Shown here piece after piece: positions 44,579 through 54,529 of a stretch of 64,000 bases of DNA. Below the pieces are notes generated by a model that had not been told where the DNA came from, did not search any database, and saw nothing but the letters and a program-made list of their open reading frames with translations. The translations under genes and the position numbers were made by a program. This DNA is from a virus: positions 598 through 64,597 of IMG/VR virus record IMGVR_UViG_3300048909_000330. The stretch is one strand, 5' to 3'. Every line of letters starts with the position of its first letter. Within the stretch, counting starts at the first letter, position 1.

Positions 44579-45169
44579 ATGGCGGCAAAAGAGTTCGATA
44601 CGCCGATGGCGGACGGTGGCGGAAGTTTCAGCCCCGTATCGAGCGGCACGACGAATGCGCCGCCGAATCGCCTGACGCTCAATCTCGGCGTTATCGATCT
44701 GCCCTATGCAGAGCCGCCGAAAAAAGAGAAGAAGGCCAGGAAGGGAAAAGGCAAGCGCAACAAGCCGGCGAAGCCCGAAAGCAGTTCGGCCACGAAGACC
44801 ACTGGCGATGTCGCTGCAATCCTCGAAGAGAAGTATCACATCTGGCAGACGTTCGCCGATGCGAAGTTGCCCGACATTGCCAAAGAGCTTGAAAACTCGA
44901 TTGCCGGCGAACTTGAAACGATGCTGATGGGCGGCCGGTCATCGGGCAACCCGTTCTCGGGCGCTGAATCCGGCATCACGGCGATGATGAAAAACTTCAT
45001 CTTTTCGCAAGAAGTCGAGCGCGTGGGGATAGGCGGCGTTCCAACGCAAGCCGCGCTCGATGGCGTCAATCATCGTTTGAAGAATCCTTACGCGAAAGGC
45101 AACCCCCGTCGCCCAAGCTTCATCGACACAAGCCTGATGTTAACGACCCTCAAAGCCTGGTTTGACTGA
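44579..45169 (+). CDS. Neck/tail-completion protein
   Basis: Position; VPTQAALDG...RPSFIDT. Confidence 0.75.
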   Translation: MAAKEFDTPMADGGGSFSPVSSGTTNAPPNRLTLNLGVIDLPYAEPPKKEKKARKGKGKRNKPAKPESSSATKTTGDVAAILEEKYHIWQTFADAKLPDIAKELENSIAGELETMLMGGRSSGNPFSGAESGITAMMKNFIFSQEVERVGIGGVPTQAALDGVNHRLKNPYAKGNPRRPSFIDTSLMLTTLKAWFD

Positions 45170-46113
45170 TGCCATCCATTACCGAATCGCTTGGGTCACA
45201 GAGCCAGTTGGCGAGTACTCTGGCGGCTGGCGTCGACCAACTGTCGCAAAGCCAGAGCGTCGTCTTCACAAAATATACGCAACAGATATTGCCCCCGGAC
45301 GCGATGGTGTTCTGGGTGAACACGGGAATCACAACAACGGTCAAGGGCTCGCTTCACTACTCGACCGATCAGCAGCAGAACGAAGACGAAACGATCGACG
45401 TCAATCGCGTCATCTTCTCGGCGCTCAGCCCGATCGACGACTTCAATGAGGTCGCTCCGGACGAACTATGGATCGGCACGTTTAACGGCATCCAGTTTTC
45501 GTTCAACGCTCGAGGATCGTTTTACGAGCAGGCTAACCTGTATCACTACCTGGGCAATGCGGTTTATCCGGCGCTCGCCTCGCAGCTTGTCAACAGCGCC
45601 GCGGATTTGCCGACCGGCCCGATTGTCTCAAACAGCCTGCCGATCTGGCTAAGTCAGAACAGCATGGCTCCGGTGTACTCGTCGTATCTCGTGCCGGCGA
45701 ACGTTGTGCCGCCGTACATCACGGCACACATCGAGCCTGATCTGACCGAGGTTCCGTCCTTCCCGGTTTATGGATGGCCGGGAACGACTGAGCCCGGTAC
45801 GGACCCCGCACCGCTTCACGACTTGCCCAGTTCGCAACTGGCACTTGATCGTGTGCGACTCACGCTGTACGGCTTCACGAATCAGCAAGCCATTCAGTAC
45901 CTCGTCTCGCTGATCGAATATTCGGTCGACACCGACGCATTCGGATTCCGCAACTCGCCCGCAATCAAGGATCAAAAGCGAACGCAGTCCGAACTGAATG
46001 TCATCGCCATGAAAAAGACGATCGAAATCGAAGCCTGGTATTTCCAGGCAACCGTAGACGCCATCGCGCGCCGCCAGATTCTCTCAGCAGGATTTTCTTC
46101 CATCACCGTCTAG
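45169..46113 (+). CDS. Head-closure/tail-terminator protein
   Basis: Position; clean ORF. Confidence 0.7.
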   Translation: MPSITESLGSQSQLASTLAAGVDQLSQSQSVVFTKYTQQILPPDAMVFWVNTGITTTVKGSLHYSTDQQQNEDETIDVNRVIFSALSPIDDFNEVAPDELWIGTFNGIQFSFNARGSFYEQANLYHYLGNAVYPALASQLVNSAADLPTGPIVSNSLPIWLSQNSMAPVYSSYLVPANVVPPYITAHIEPDLTEVPSFPVYGWPGTTEPGTDPAPLHDLPSSQLALDRVRLTLYGFTNQQAIQYLVSLIEYSVDTDAFGFRNSPAIKDQKRTQSELNVIAMKKTIEIEAWYFQATVDAIARRQILSAGFSSITV

Positions 46114-46138
46114 CGGGCATTCCCGACCAGACACATTT

Positions 46139-46160
46139 GCCCGCCTTGAGCGGGCTTTTT
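46139..46160 (+). terminator. Intrinsic terminator
   Basis: GCCCGC-CTTGA-GCGGGC-TTTTT, nearly identical to the one at 41500. Confidence 0.75.
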
Positions 46161-46176
46161 CTTTTGGAGTTCTCGA

Positions 46177-46545
46177 ATGCCCCAAGGCCCGACGCAAGCG
46201 AATGTCGCTCGCAATCCCTCGAATGTTTCTGTGCCGATGACCACAGACGCGGCCGGCAATCTGCTCACTGGCAACGGATCGAGCAGCCATCTGAACGTCA
46301 CGGCCGCGACGGTTATCAAAACCGGCCCCGGCCGCGTCTGCAAGTTGGTCTTCAACAATGCCTCGACGACTGCGCCCGCTGTCTATGACTTCGCCGCGGC
46401 GACCGGTTTCGCTGCCGCAAATCTAGTCTGGCAAGGCGCGACTGCGACCGCAGCTCAGACCGTCGTGCCACTCGATTTCCCCTGCTCCGTTGGCATCGTT
46501 GTTGTTCCCGGCACTGGCGGCATCGTTTCCGTCTCGTTCGATTAA
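46177..46545 (+). CDS. Small beta-rich virion protein
   Basis: LNVTAATVIKTGPGRVCKLV...DFPCSVGIVVVPGTG. Confidence 0.7.
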   Translation: MPQGPTQANVARNPSNVSVPMTTDAAGNLLTGNGSSSHLNVTAATVIKTGPGRVCKLVFNNASTTAPAVYDFAAATGFAAANLVWQGATATAAQTVVPLDFPCSVGIVVVPGTGGIVSVSFD

Positions 46546-46567
46546 GCATCCCCGCCACCCTTCCCGG

Positions 46568-46590
46568 CCCCGCCTTCGCGCGGGGCTTTG
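46568..46590 (+). terminator. Probable terminator
   Basis: GCCCCGC-CTTCGC-GCGGGGC-TTT. Confidence 0.6.
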
Positions 46591-46606
46591 CTTTTCTGGA
46601 GCCTAA

Positions 46607-47929
46607 ATGGCACAAACAATCACACCGACGATCGTAAACGTCAATACGACGGTTACGCGCGCGCCGACGCCGTCACAGCTCCAGCAAAGTGGCGCAATCG
46701 TGTCGGCGGGCGGCACGACTCTCACGCCGGGTACGTATCAGTATTGCGGCACGCTCAGCGTGGTTAAATCGATTCTGGATGCGCCGGCTGCACTGACCTC
46801 GCTTGCGTGGTCGAGTGGCACCGTGACCGCCACGACCTCTGCGGCGATTCCGGTATCTACCGGACAGACGTTCACGACCACGATAACGGGCGCCGTGCCT
46901 GCTGGATACAACGGCACGTTCACGGCTACCGCAACTGGCGCGAATACGTTCACGTACGCATTAACGCCCAACCCCGGCACGGAGACGACTCCCGGCACAT
47001 ACACGCCGCCGTACGTTGCGTTCATCAATAACGCCGCGACGACGTTCTTCGCGCAGGGACAGACGGTAGGCGTTTATGTGCTCGAGCTTGGCGCGGAGAC
47101 GACCGCCGCTACTGCCATCACTGCGCTTCAAACGTGGATCACGGAGAACAGTTCGCCGCAGCAGTTTTACGCGTATCTGTTGCCAGCTTCGTGGGATGCT
47201 GCGTCGTCTGCGGCGCTGGCCACAATGACGGCAAACTTCGAGAGTCCGAGTGGTCAGACGTATTTCTTCATCACCACGACGACCGCTAATCTGCCGAATT
47301 ACGCGACGAACAAAGCTGTCTATGCCCAGGTGCCGAGTCCGACCAAAGCGTCGACCGAACACCAACTTGCCGCGGACTTCTATCAGTGGCTGGTGAACAA
47401 TCCCGGTCCCGCCAATCCGCTCGCGCCGATGTCGTATCGGTTTGTGTTTGGCGTGACGCCGTGGAATCAGGCGAACAACCAGGTCAGCATCAATACGATC
47501 CTGAGTGACTTCGGCAACATCATCTACACCGCGGCAGAAGGCGGCGTTTCGACGGCCGGCATCTGGAAAGGCACGATGATGGATGGCGAGCAGGCGTCGT
47601 GGTGGTATGGCGTCGACTGGTTCCGCATTCAGGTCAAGCAGGCTCTCGCAAACGCGATCATCAACGGTTCAAACAGCAATCCTCCCCTGCTCTACAACCA
47701 GCAGGGCATCAACACGCTTCAGGCCATCGCGCAGAACGTCGGCAATTCGGCGGTCGCGTTTGGCTGCGCGTTGAGTTGCGTGGTCAGTGCCGTGCCGTTT
47801 GCCACCTACACGCAACAGAATCCGAACGACTACAACGCCGGTATCTATAACGGTCTGTCGGCGACCCTGGTTGGTCAGAATGCATTTTTGACTATTACCT
47901 TCAATCTCGACGCAGTGCAGTTCGCATAA
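46607..47929 (+). CDS. Tail sheath protein
   Basis: 440 aa; WWYGVDWFRI...ANAIINGSN...LLYNQQGINTLQ. Confidence 0.82.
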   Translation: MAQTITPTIVNVNTTVTRAPTPSQLQQSGAIVSAGGTTLTPGTYQYCGTLSVVKSILDAPAALTSLAWSSGTVTATTSAAIPVSTGQTFTTTITGAVPAGYNGTFTATATGANTFTYALTPNPGTETTPGTYTPPYVAFINNAATTFFAQGQTVGVYVLELGAETTAATAITALQTWITENSSPQQFYAYLLPASWDAASSAALATMTANFESPSGQTYFFITTTTANLPNYATNKAVYAQVPSPTKASTEHQLAADFYQWLVNNPGPANPLAPMSYRFVFGVTPWNQANNQVSINTILSDFGNIIYTAAEGGVSTAGIWKGTMMDGEQASWWYGVDWFRIQVKQALANAIINGSNSNPPLLYNQQGINTLQAIAQNVGNSAVAFGCALSCVVSAVPFATYTQQNPNDYNAGIYNGLSATLVGQNAFLTITFNLDAVQFA

Positions 47930-47946
47930 GGACCGGGAGAACATAA

Positions 47947-48390
47947 ATGCCAAATCCGTTCCTCAATGCAGGGCCGTTGAACCGTGTCCGCTGCCATGTC
48001 GTTATTCCTTCGATTCCGACGCTGAACATCACACCGCAATTCATGGGAAAGCAGTTCGCCCGCATTGAATTCGAGGGTGACTGGAACCAGCAGATCGAAA
48101 CCGCAACAGGTGTCGTGAACTCGCCGGAGCCGTACGTGATGGCGACGATCACCGTGGGGCTGTTGCGCTCGCAAGGACTTTCTGCGGCGTGGCTTGCGCA
48201 GGCCCAGAACACGACTGTGCTTGGCGATGTGACGATCTATTCGGATACGTCTGCGTTCCCGGCCCTCTCCATCAACGACACAGGGATCCGCAGCATCGAC
48301 CCTGGTGCCTTTGACGGAACTGACCCGGTTGTGCGCTTGACGCTCCGCGGATCATTTAACATCAACGCGTCGCTCTGGTCCCCCACGTAA
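47947..48390 (+). CDS. Tail tube protein
   Basis: 147 aa directly after the sheath. Confidence 0.78.
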   Translation: MPNPFLNAGPLNRVRCHVVIPSIPTLNITPQFMGKQFARIEFEGDWNQQIETATGVVNSPEPYVMATITVGLLRSQGLSAAWLAQAQNTTVLGDVTIYSDTSAFPALSINDTGIRSIDPGAFDGTDPVVRLTLRGSFNINASLWSPT

Positions 48391-48399
48391 TACGGCTTT

Positions 48400-48463
48400 G
48401 CCGCAGATAGAGTCGCCCTCGAAAACCGGCCCCTTACCGGCTTCTGCGGCACCTCCATTAAGG
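48400..48463 (+). ncRNA. Three-way junction plus pseudoknot leader motif, copy B
   Basis: P1 GCCGCAGA/TCTGCGGC, UA, P2 GAG/CTC, GAAAA, P3 CCGG/CCGG; loop CCTTA pairs with TAAGG. Confidence 0.7.
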
Positions 48464-48481
48464 ACTGATTGAAGGAATCAG

Positions 48482-49120
48482 ATGAAAATCGATGATAAGC
48501 GTCATCTCGCCTTACCCATTGTGACGGAGACGATCGCAAAGGAAGTGGGCGGCAAGGGTGTGACGGAAGAAGTAGTGAAGCTTTGGGCTTTCCACACTCC
48601 GGTCAGCCGCGAGATTTTCGAACAGAACTACCGCGTAATCTCCGCGACCAAATCGGCGCTTGCCAGTAAAGGCGCGCATTACCTGATGCAGTCTGCACCG
48701 CGCATTGCTGCGTTGACTCTGCGCGATGAGGGTCGAAAAGACGCGATTGCGCGAGGAATGGTCGACAAGGAAGGTCACGTTAATAACGACGAGACGCTTT
48801 CCCTGCTAGAAGAACTGAAGCGGCTGACCATGATCCTCTGTCCCGGCCAGCACGGCTGGGACATGCTCCCCGTAGACATGGCGATTTCGGCAGGCAAGAT
48901 CGATGAAGAAGATTGGGGGGAGGCGCTGTCGGGCATCTGTTTTTTTACATGCAACTATGCGATGGCCCGGAAAGCCGATCGCGCGACGACAGCGGACGCA
49001 TACGCTGGTCTGCTCGGTGCCTCGATTACGTCATCGACACCTACGGAGTTCGGCGCCTCTTTGCCGAACTTGACGCCGGTCGCACATACGAAACCGGCAC
49101 CGTCCTCGATTCCATCCTGA
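48482..49120 (+). CDS. Tail assembly chaperone
   Basis: Between tube and tape measure. Confidence 0.75.
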   Translation: MKIDDKRHLALPIVTETIAKEVGGKGVTEEVVKLWAFHTPVSREIFEQNYRVISATKSALASKGAHYLMQSAPRIAALTLRDEGRKDAIARGMVDKEGHVNNDETLSLLEELKRLTMILCPGQHGWDMLPVDMAISAGKIDEEDWGEALSGICFFTCNYAMARKADRATTADAYAGLLGASITSSTPTEFGASLPNLTPVAHTKPAPSSIPS

Positions 49121-49236
49121 ACTGGATGACTGGCGAAGGGTTCGCCGAAACATTCGATCAGTACGACTCGCCCTATCGTTCGGCGCAGGAGTACAAGAAT
49201 CGATACCTGATAGAAGCTTTGAAAAATGGCCGCTAA
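48940..49236 (+). CDS. Possible -1 frameshift extension of the chaperone, or a small separate ORF
   Basis: T TTT TTT at 48940-48946; the -1 frame is open to 49236 and ends LDSILNWMTGEGF...YKNRY. Confidence 0.45.
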   Translation, partial: FFYMQLCDGPESRSRDDSGRIRWSARCLDYVIDTYGVRRLFAELDAGRTYETGTVLDSILNWMTGEGFAETFDQYDSPYRSAQEYKNRYLIEALKNGR

Positions 49237-50839
49237 GTCAATCATTCAGGTCGACATCGATCCAGATGGGAAGTTTGCGGCATTTCACAAGGAATTTTCG
49301 GAGTATCAGAAAAAGCTTCAGGAAATGCCGGAAGACTGGGCAAAGGTCATCGACGTTATCGATGATGCCGGTGAAGGTATGGAGGAATTCTCCGAGTCTT
49401 CGAAGCATTCGAAAGACTTCCTGATGATCGCGGCCATACAGGCCGATGCCATCTCGAAGGCCATCAATCGCTCTACCGGGAGCCAGGACAAGTTTAACGT
49501 CAAGGCCAAAGACGGCGCAATTCAGATGGGTCGGATGGCGAAGTTCTCAAAGGAGATGCACAAAGACGTCTCCAAGATGAGCGGCATCTACCTGAAACTC
49601 GGGGCACTTGGTGCAACAGCCTTAGCCATTCCGACTGCCATCTTTGCCGCTACTAATCAGGTGGCCGGCCAAAATCTCCAAGCTAGAGGATTGGGTCTTA
49701 GAATCGGCCAGACACAGGCATTCAACGCAAACTTCGAACGGTTCGGCCTTGGTGCATCAGATCTCGGCAATGTTGCGAATGCGCAAGGGGACATTTCCCG
49801 GTGGCGCGCATTTATTGCGGCCGGCCTCACTCCGCAGCAGATCCAGAATGAAGACGCCGAGCAACTAACGTATGACTTCGCTCGAGCGGCAAGCGGCAAG
49901 TATCGCGAATGGCAAAAGGCTGGTATGCCGGCCGCTTCGATGGCGCAGGCTTACGGATTCACCGACGTTCTGTCGCTCCAGCAACTTCGAACCGGTGCAA
50001 GTTATACCGACGAGCAGTTCGCCGCGGCGCAAGCGAAGACGTTGACAGACGCAAAGGCCAACGAGATTAATCAAGGTGTCGCAGACCAGGCATCTGAAGT
50101 CAAAGCGGCGCTGCAGTCCGATTGGGCGAAGGTGCTCAACACGTTCAATGAGCAACTGGCTTCGGCATCCCCCGAATTGAAGATTATGGGCGACGCTGCT
50201 GCTGCTGCGGCGGTCAACCTGCTCAAGGTAGCTGGGCCCGAAGCGAAGAGCCTTGTTGACGCCATCCAGAATCCTGGGGTCGTCCAGCCGAACGAAGGCC
50301 GCGTGACATCGGGGCTGCGCTCTATGGGTAACTGGCTCCGCCTGCATGTCCCGGGATTATCTCCGGGAAGCACGTCGACGCTTGGCGATGTTGCGACTTC
50401 ATACAATCTCCCGTCTGGAATGCTGGATGCACAGTATCAGGTCGAGTCTTCTAATGGAAAGAAACTGAAGTCGAAGAAAGGCGCGCTCGGTCCGTTCCAG
50501 TTTCTACCCGGAACTTGGGGGGAATGGGGTGGTGGCGGAGATATCAATAGCCTCAGCGATTCGTCTGTTGCTGCGGCTCGGTACGACGCTTTTCTGCATG
50601 AGCGATATCACGGCGACACGCGAAAAGCTCTCGCCGCCTACAACTGGGGCATGGGGAACGTCGATAAGGACATAGCTGCTCACGGCGAAAAGTGGGAGCA
50701 GTACGCCCCGCAGGAAACGCGCGACTACATCAGCAAAATAATGACGCTCATGGCAAAGAAGGGCCAAAGCGTCAACATCAACATCACCAACTCGACGACG
50801 GCGAATGTAGCAACGTCGATGAACGCTGCACCTCATTGA
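49226..50839 (+). CDS. Tape measure protein with a C-terminal lytic transglycosylase (SLT) domain
   Basis: VESSNG...GALGPFQFLPGTW...ALAAYNWGMGNV...PQETRDYI. Confidence 0.88.
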   Translation: MAAKSIIQVDIDPDGKFAAFHKEFSEYQKKLQEMPEDWAKVIDVIDDAGEGMEEFSESSKHSKDFLMIAAIQADAISKAINRSTGSQDKFNVKAKDGAIQMGRMAKFSKEMHKDVSKMSGIYLKLGALGATALAIPTAIFAATNQVAGQNLQARGLGLRIGQTQAFNANFERFGLGASDLGNVANAQGDISRWRAFIAAGLTPQQIQNEDAEQLTYDFARAASGKYREWQKAGMPAASMAQAYGFTDVLSLQQLRTGASYTDEQFAAAQAKTLTDAKANEINQGVADQASEVKAALQSDWAKVLNTFNEQLASASPELKIMGDAAAAAAVNLLKVAGPEAKSLVDAIQNPGVVQPNEGRVTSGLRSMGNWLRLHVPGLSPGSTSTLGDVATSYNLPSGMLDAQYQVESSNGKKLKSKKGALGPFQFLPGTWGEWGGGGDINSLSDSSVAAARYDAFLHERYHGDTRKALAAYNWGMGNVDKDIAAHGEKWEQYAPQETRDYISKIMTLMAKKGQSVNINITNSTTANVATSMNAAPH

Positions 50840-50840
50840 T

Positions 50841-51587
50841 ATGGCCGACATCTCCGATGCATTTCGAACGACCTATGACTTGGCGTTCCAGGTGTCGCCG
50901 ATCATCCTGGTCGGCGGGATTGCGTCGAATACGTTGGGCGGGATGCTGCCTATCATCGGCCTCACTGGGCAATTGCTTGGTGCTGCTCAAGGGGCTCTTT
51001 CGAGCGGCAGTCTAAGCACCGATGACTTTTTCGCGAGATTCCTACCCGTTCCAGGATCGACGCTAATCAGCCAGCAGGTTGCTGTATATCCGTTCGCCAA
51101 TCAGCAGACCGCAGCGAATGCGACCATCCAGCAGCCGCTGTCGATTTCGCTGCGAATGATTGCGCCAGTCAAGGACACCGCAGGCTATCTCTCGAAGTTG
51201 GCGATTTTTTCGTCGCTGCAATCGTCTCTCGCGGCCCATAACGCAGCGGGTGGCACGTACACGATCGCCACGCCGGCCGGCATTTATCCGAACTGCCTGC
51301 TGACGCAGGTTACGGACGTGACGGGTGGTGCTGGGAGACAAGTTCAAATCGAATACCAGTGGGACTTTTTCCAGCCACTAGTGACGCAACAGAGTGCTAC
51401 GAGCGCGTTTAACGCACTGATGTCCAAGTTATCGTCTGGCGCGCAACTATCAGGAGCCACGCCCGCTGCCGATTCTTCCTTCTGGTCGAGCGCGCAAACA
51501 GCAGTTGGTGCGGCAGCACAAAGCGCCACGCAGGGCATCAATCAACTAACAGGCGCGGTCAACCAATTCCTTAGTTCGCCGCTATGA
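50841..51587 (+). CDS. Baseplate/tube-initiator protein
   Basis: Position; YPFANQQTAANATIQQP. Confidence 0.72.
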   Translation: MADISDAFRTTYDLAFQVSPIILVGGIASNTLGGMLPIIGLTGQLLGAAQGALSSGSLSTDDFFARFLPVPGSTLISQQVAVYPFANQQTAANATIQQPLSISLRMIAPVKDTAGYLSKLAIFSSLQSSLAAHNAAGGTYTIATPAGIYPNCLLTQVTDVTGGAGRQVQIEYQWDFFQPLVTQQSATSAFNALMSKLSSGAQLSGATPAADSSFWSSAQTAVGAAAQSATQGINQLTGAVNQFLSSPL

Positions 51588-51862
51588 CCACGCTAATCCC
51601 CTTCACTCCGTCGAACGCGTCGAATCCACCATTTTCGACGCCGGTAACCCTCGATGGAGGGAGCTACGTCGCGAATGTGATGTGGAGTTTCTATGGTCAA
51701 CGGTATTACATGTCGATCGTAGATGTGAGCGGAACGGTTATTTGGACGGGCGCGATGGTGGGGTCGTCATTGAACCATGACGTCCTGCTGGCGCCCGGCA
51801 TATTCAGTCAAAGCACAATCCTTTACCGCGAAGATACTGGCAACATTGAAGTGAACCCCTAA
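51584..51862 (+). CDS. Baseplate small protein
   Basis: Position; coupled. Confidence 0.7.
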   Translation: MTTLIPFTPSNASNPPFSTPVTLDGGSYVANVMWSFYGQRYYMSIVDVSGTVIWTGAMVGSSLNHDVLLAPGIFSQSTILYREDTGNIEVNP

Positions 51863-52824
51863 TGCGATTTTATTCCTTGACCCTGACGCCGGCTGGAGGC
51901 ACAAAGCCAATCCGGACATGGACGAGTCATCCGAATAACATCATCGATCCGGGTGCGCTTCAGATCGAATACGATGCTTTGATCGGTCCATATGGAACGC
52001 CGACCGGCGCATCGACGATCAAACTGCGAGGCATAGCGCTGCAGGATCTGACTCAACCGCAGCAGTTCGCCGGCATGACGCTCGAGCTGAAAGCGGGTAT
52101 GCGCGCCGGCCTTCCGCTTGTCAACCCAGCTCAAGCCGGAACGATTCTGAAGGGGATGGTGTTTCAGGCGTTCGGCAACTGGGAAGGCGTCGATCAAAGC
52201 CTCGATTTCGTCGTATTGCCGGGAACGTTCACGCTTGACAACCCTGGTAACTTCGTCCTCAACTGGCGGGCCGGCACACAGTTGTCCGACGCCCTGCTCC
52301 AAACACTTGATGTCGCGTATCCCGACGCGCCGATCGAGATGAACATTAGCAGCGACCTCGTACAGAATCACGACGAGATCGGCGTCTATGACACGCTTGA
52401 CCAGTTAGCACAAGTGGTCGGGGATATCACCGAAGGCATCTTTGATAGCCGGGTGACGATAGGAATTCAAGCTGGAAAGATCGTCGTATTCGACAGGTCA
52501 TTTTCCCCCGCTCCGATCCAGCTTGTCTTCACAGATTTCATCGGCCAGCCAACTTGGATCGGCGTCAATACCATCCAGATCAAGATGGTGGCGAGAGCCG
52601 ATCTGCAAATGGGCAGCATTGTCCGCATGCCGCAAGGGTTGCAGAACTTGCCCGGCTTCGTGACAACAACGCAGTCCGCGTACCCGTCAACGGTCAAGTA
52701 TCAAACCACTTTCCAGAACAATTTTATTGTCCAGGAGCTGCGACAGGTCGGAAATTTCCGCGCACCTGACGCATCGCAATGGGCGACGATATCTAACTGC
52801 GTCCTGAATCCAAATGGCCGATAA
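51862..52824 (+). CDS. Baseplate hub protein
   Basis: Position; FIGQPTWIG. Confidence 0.75.
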   Translation: MRFYSLTLTPAGGTKPIRTWTSHPNNIIDPGALQIEYDALIGPYGTPTGASTIKLRGIALQDLTQPQQFAGMTLELKAGMRAGLPLVNPAQAGTILKGMVFQAFGNWEGVDQSLDFVVLPGTFTLDNPGNFVLNWRAGTQLSDALLQTLDVAYPDAPIEMNISSDLVQNHDEIGVYDTLDQLAQVVGDITEGIFDSRVTIGIQAGKIVVFDRSFSPAPIQLVFTDFIGQPTWIGVNTIQIKMVARADLQMGSIVRMPQGLQNLPGFVTTTQSAYPSTVKYQTTFQNNFIVQELRQVGNFRAPDASQWATISNCVLNPNGR

Positions 52825-53527
52825 CTACGACAAGTTATGGGTTCAGAAGAGCGCGAACCAACTTGCGATTAACCGTGCTCAGCAGGCGATTCAAAAACTG
52901 GGGCGCGCGCTACCGTGCCGAGTCGTCTCTGTCAGCGGAGCGGTTGTAACGGTCGCGTTTGAAGTCAGCGATTCCGTTCAGGCGCTACCGAACATCACGA
53001 TCCCCAAGGCGGAAAGCCCGTGGATACGGATGCCGACCCAGGTGGGCGATAAGGGCGTCACGATGCCCGCTGACACGTATCTCGGCGGAGTGTCCGGCCT
53101 GGGTGGCGGGACGGCAACGCTGACGCAGCGCGCCAACCTGACGGCACTTGTTTTCGTGCCGGTTAGCAACTCCGGATCGGGTCCGATCGACCAGAATGCC
53201 GCCCAGATTCAAGGCCCCAACGGTGTTATCAGCAGAACGACGCAAGGTACAACGTCATCGGTCGTAACGAACCAGTCCGGGACGACGGTGACGTTCGGCT
53301 CCAATACTGCCTTAGTCGAAGATACGCAGATATTGCTCAACTTCGGTGGAGTGACTTCGCTGTTGCTTAATGCTGATGGCGTGACCATCACAGCGGGAGG
53401 CAAGACGTTCTCGTTCGGGTCTGCCGGTGCAACGATGGGTAATGGCGTTGTGTTTGAGGATCACGTTCACCCGTACATTCCGGGTAGCAATCCCGAGACG
53501 GACACGGGCGGTCCAGTTGCACCTTAA
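52814..53527 (+). CDS. Baseplate spike (gp45/gpV-like)
   Basis: RALPCRVVSVSG...PTQVGDKG...HVHP metal-binding tip. Confidence 0.82.
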   Translation: MADNYDKLWVQKSANQLAINRAQQAIQKLGRALPCRVVSVSGAVVTVAFEVSDSVQALPNITIPKAESPWIRMPTQVGDKGVTMPADTYLGGVSGLGGGTATLTQRANLTALVFVPVSNSGSGPIDQNAAQIQGPNGVISRTTQGTTSSVVTNQSGTTVTFGSNTALVEDTQILLNFGGVTSLLLNADGVTITAGGKTFSFGSAGATMGNGVVFEDHVHPYIPGSNPETDTGGPVAP

Positions 53528-53859
53528 TGCTGGGAGTAGGTTCCCTTTAGCTGGCCGTACCGATCCTGCCACATGCTGAATTTGAAGCCGTAATCAGTCA
53601 CCCCGTTGCTCCAGTGGACGGTGATGAAGCAATCGATGCGGTATTGACCCGGCATGTATTCGTAGGCAGGCGTCCCGCCAATCGTCTCGATCAGTGTAAT
53701 GCGGGCAGCGTTTTCGCCCAGATCCAGGAGATACGGGATATTGCTCATCTCCATGTCATGGGCTAATGGCGTTTTGCAATTCTGCGGGATTCCGGACAGG
53801 TCGACGGCGTAAGCATTGGTTGTCGCGAGAGCGAAAAGTGCGCAGACGATGCGGATCAT
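53524..53859 (-). CDS. Moron: secreted or periplasmic protein
   Basis: MIRIVCALFALATTNAYA|V signal peptide; two Cys; antisense to the late operon. Confidence 0.7.
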   Translation of the reverse strand: MIRIVCALFALATTNAYAVDLSGIPQNCKTPLAHDMEMSNIPYLLDLGENAARITLIETIGGTPAYEYMPGQYRIDCFITVHWSNGVTDYGFKFSMWQDRYGQLKGTYSQH

Positions 53860-54509
53860 TTTTGTTTCCTTTTGATGCTGGTCACCCCGAAATCGTCGGG
53901 TTCGAATCGCGGACAGACATCGCAATACTTCTCGACGCCTTCCGCCTGAATCTGGTCCGGTATGGATGCCGGATGGTCTTTCTGCGCCCTGAACCACTTC
54001 AGCATGTGGCGGCACGGAAATACATACGTTCCGCCATCCGCCTTGGCCTCGTAATGCCTGAAATATGGCGCGACGTGATCGAAGTTGCGGTACGGAGCCA
54101 GTGGATCGAATGGGTTGTCGATGAGACGAAAGCAGTGCGCCCGATAGTCTCGAGTTGCGCATGAATCAGCGAAGCATTGCAGTACGGCTTCCAGATGAAA
54201 CGCCTGCTGCATCTCTCCAATGACCATGCGGCCTTGTGCGTAGAAGTGGGTGCCCTTCCAGCCGCGAACGTAGTGGATCAAGTCCATCGCCTGCATAGCG
54301 CCCTCGAAGTTTGCAATGAAGGCAGCGACATAAACCTTCATCGATTCCAGATCGCGCTCGACAAATAGCGGCGCATTGCTCGCCACCTCAAACGCCCACG
54401 GAAACACGTCCGATCGGCTTTTTACGAACAGCACGATAACTAGATATTCGCGAGAAAGTTTCGCGAGGGATTCGTGCGTGAAAAAGCTCGGCGGGTAGGT
54501 TTCAGGCAT
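53856..54509 (-). CDS. Moron: cytoplasmic protein with possible metal-binding Cys/His
   Basis: CFADSC, AHCF, FPCRH, YCDVCP; coupled to the 53859 gene. Confidence 0.72.
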   Translation of the reverse strand: MPETYPPSFFTHESLAKLSREYLVIVLFVKSRSDVFPWAFEVASNAPLFVERDLESMKVYVAAFIANFEGAMQAMDLIHYVRGWKGTHFYAQGRMVIGEMQQAFHLEAVLQCFADSCATRDYRAHCFRLIDNPFDPLAPYRNFDHVAPYFRHYEAKADGGTYVFPCRHMLKWFRAQKDHPASIPDQIQAEGVEKYCDVCPRFEPDDFGVTSIKRKQK

Positions 54510-54529
54510 ATCTACTCAGTAGGCAAGAA

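Noticed and set aside
46110-46140. Possible fourth copy of the junction motif (TAGCGGG-CATT-CCCG)
   Set aside because: It lacks P1, the GAxxA junction and the pseudoknot partner.
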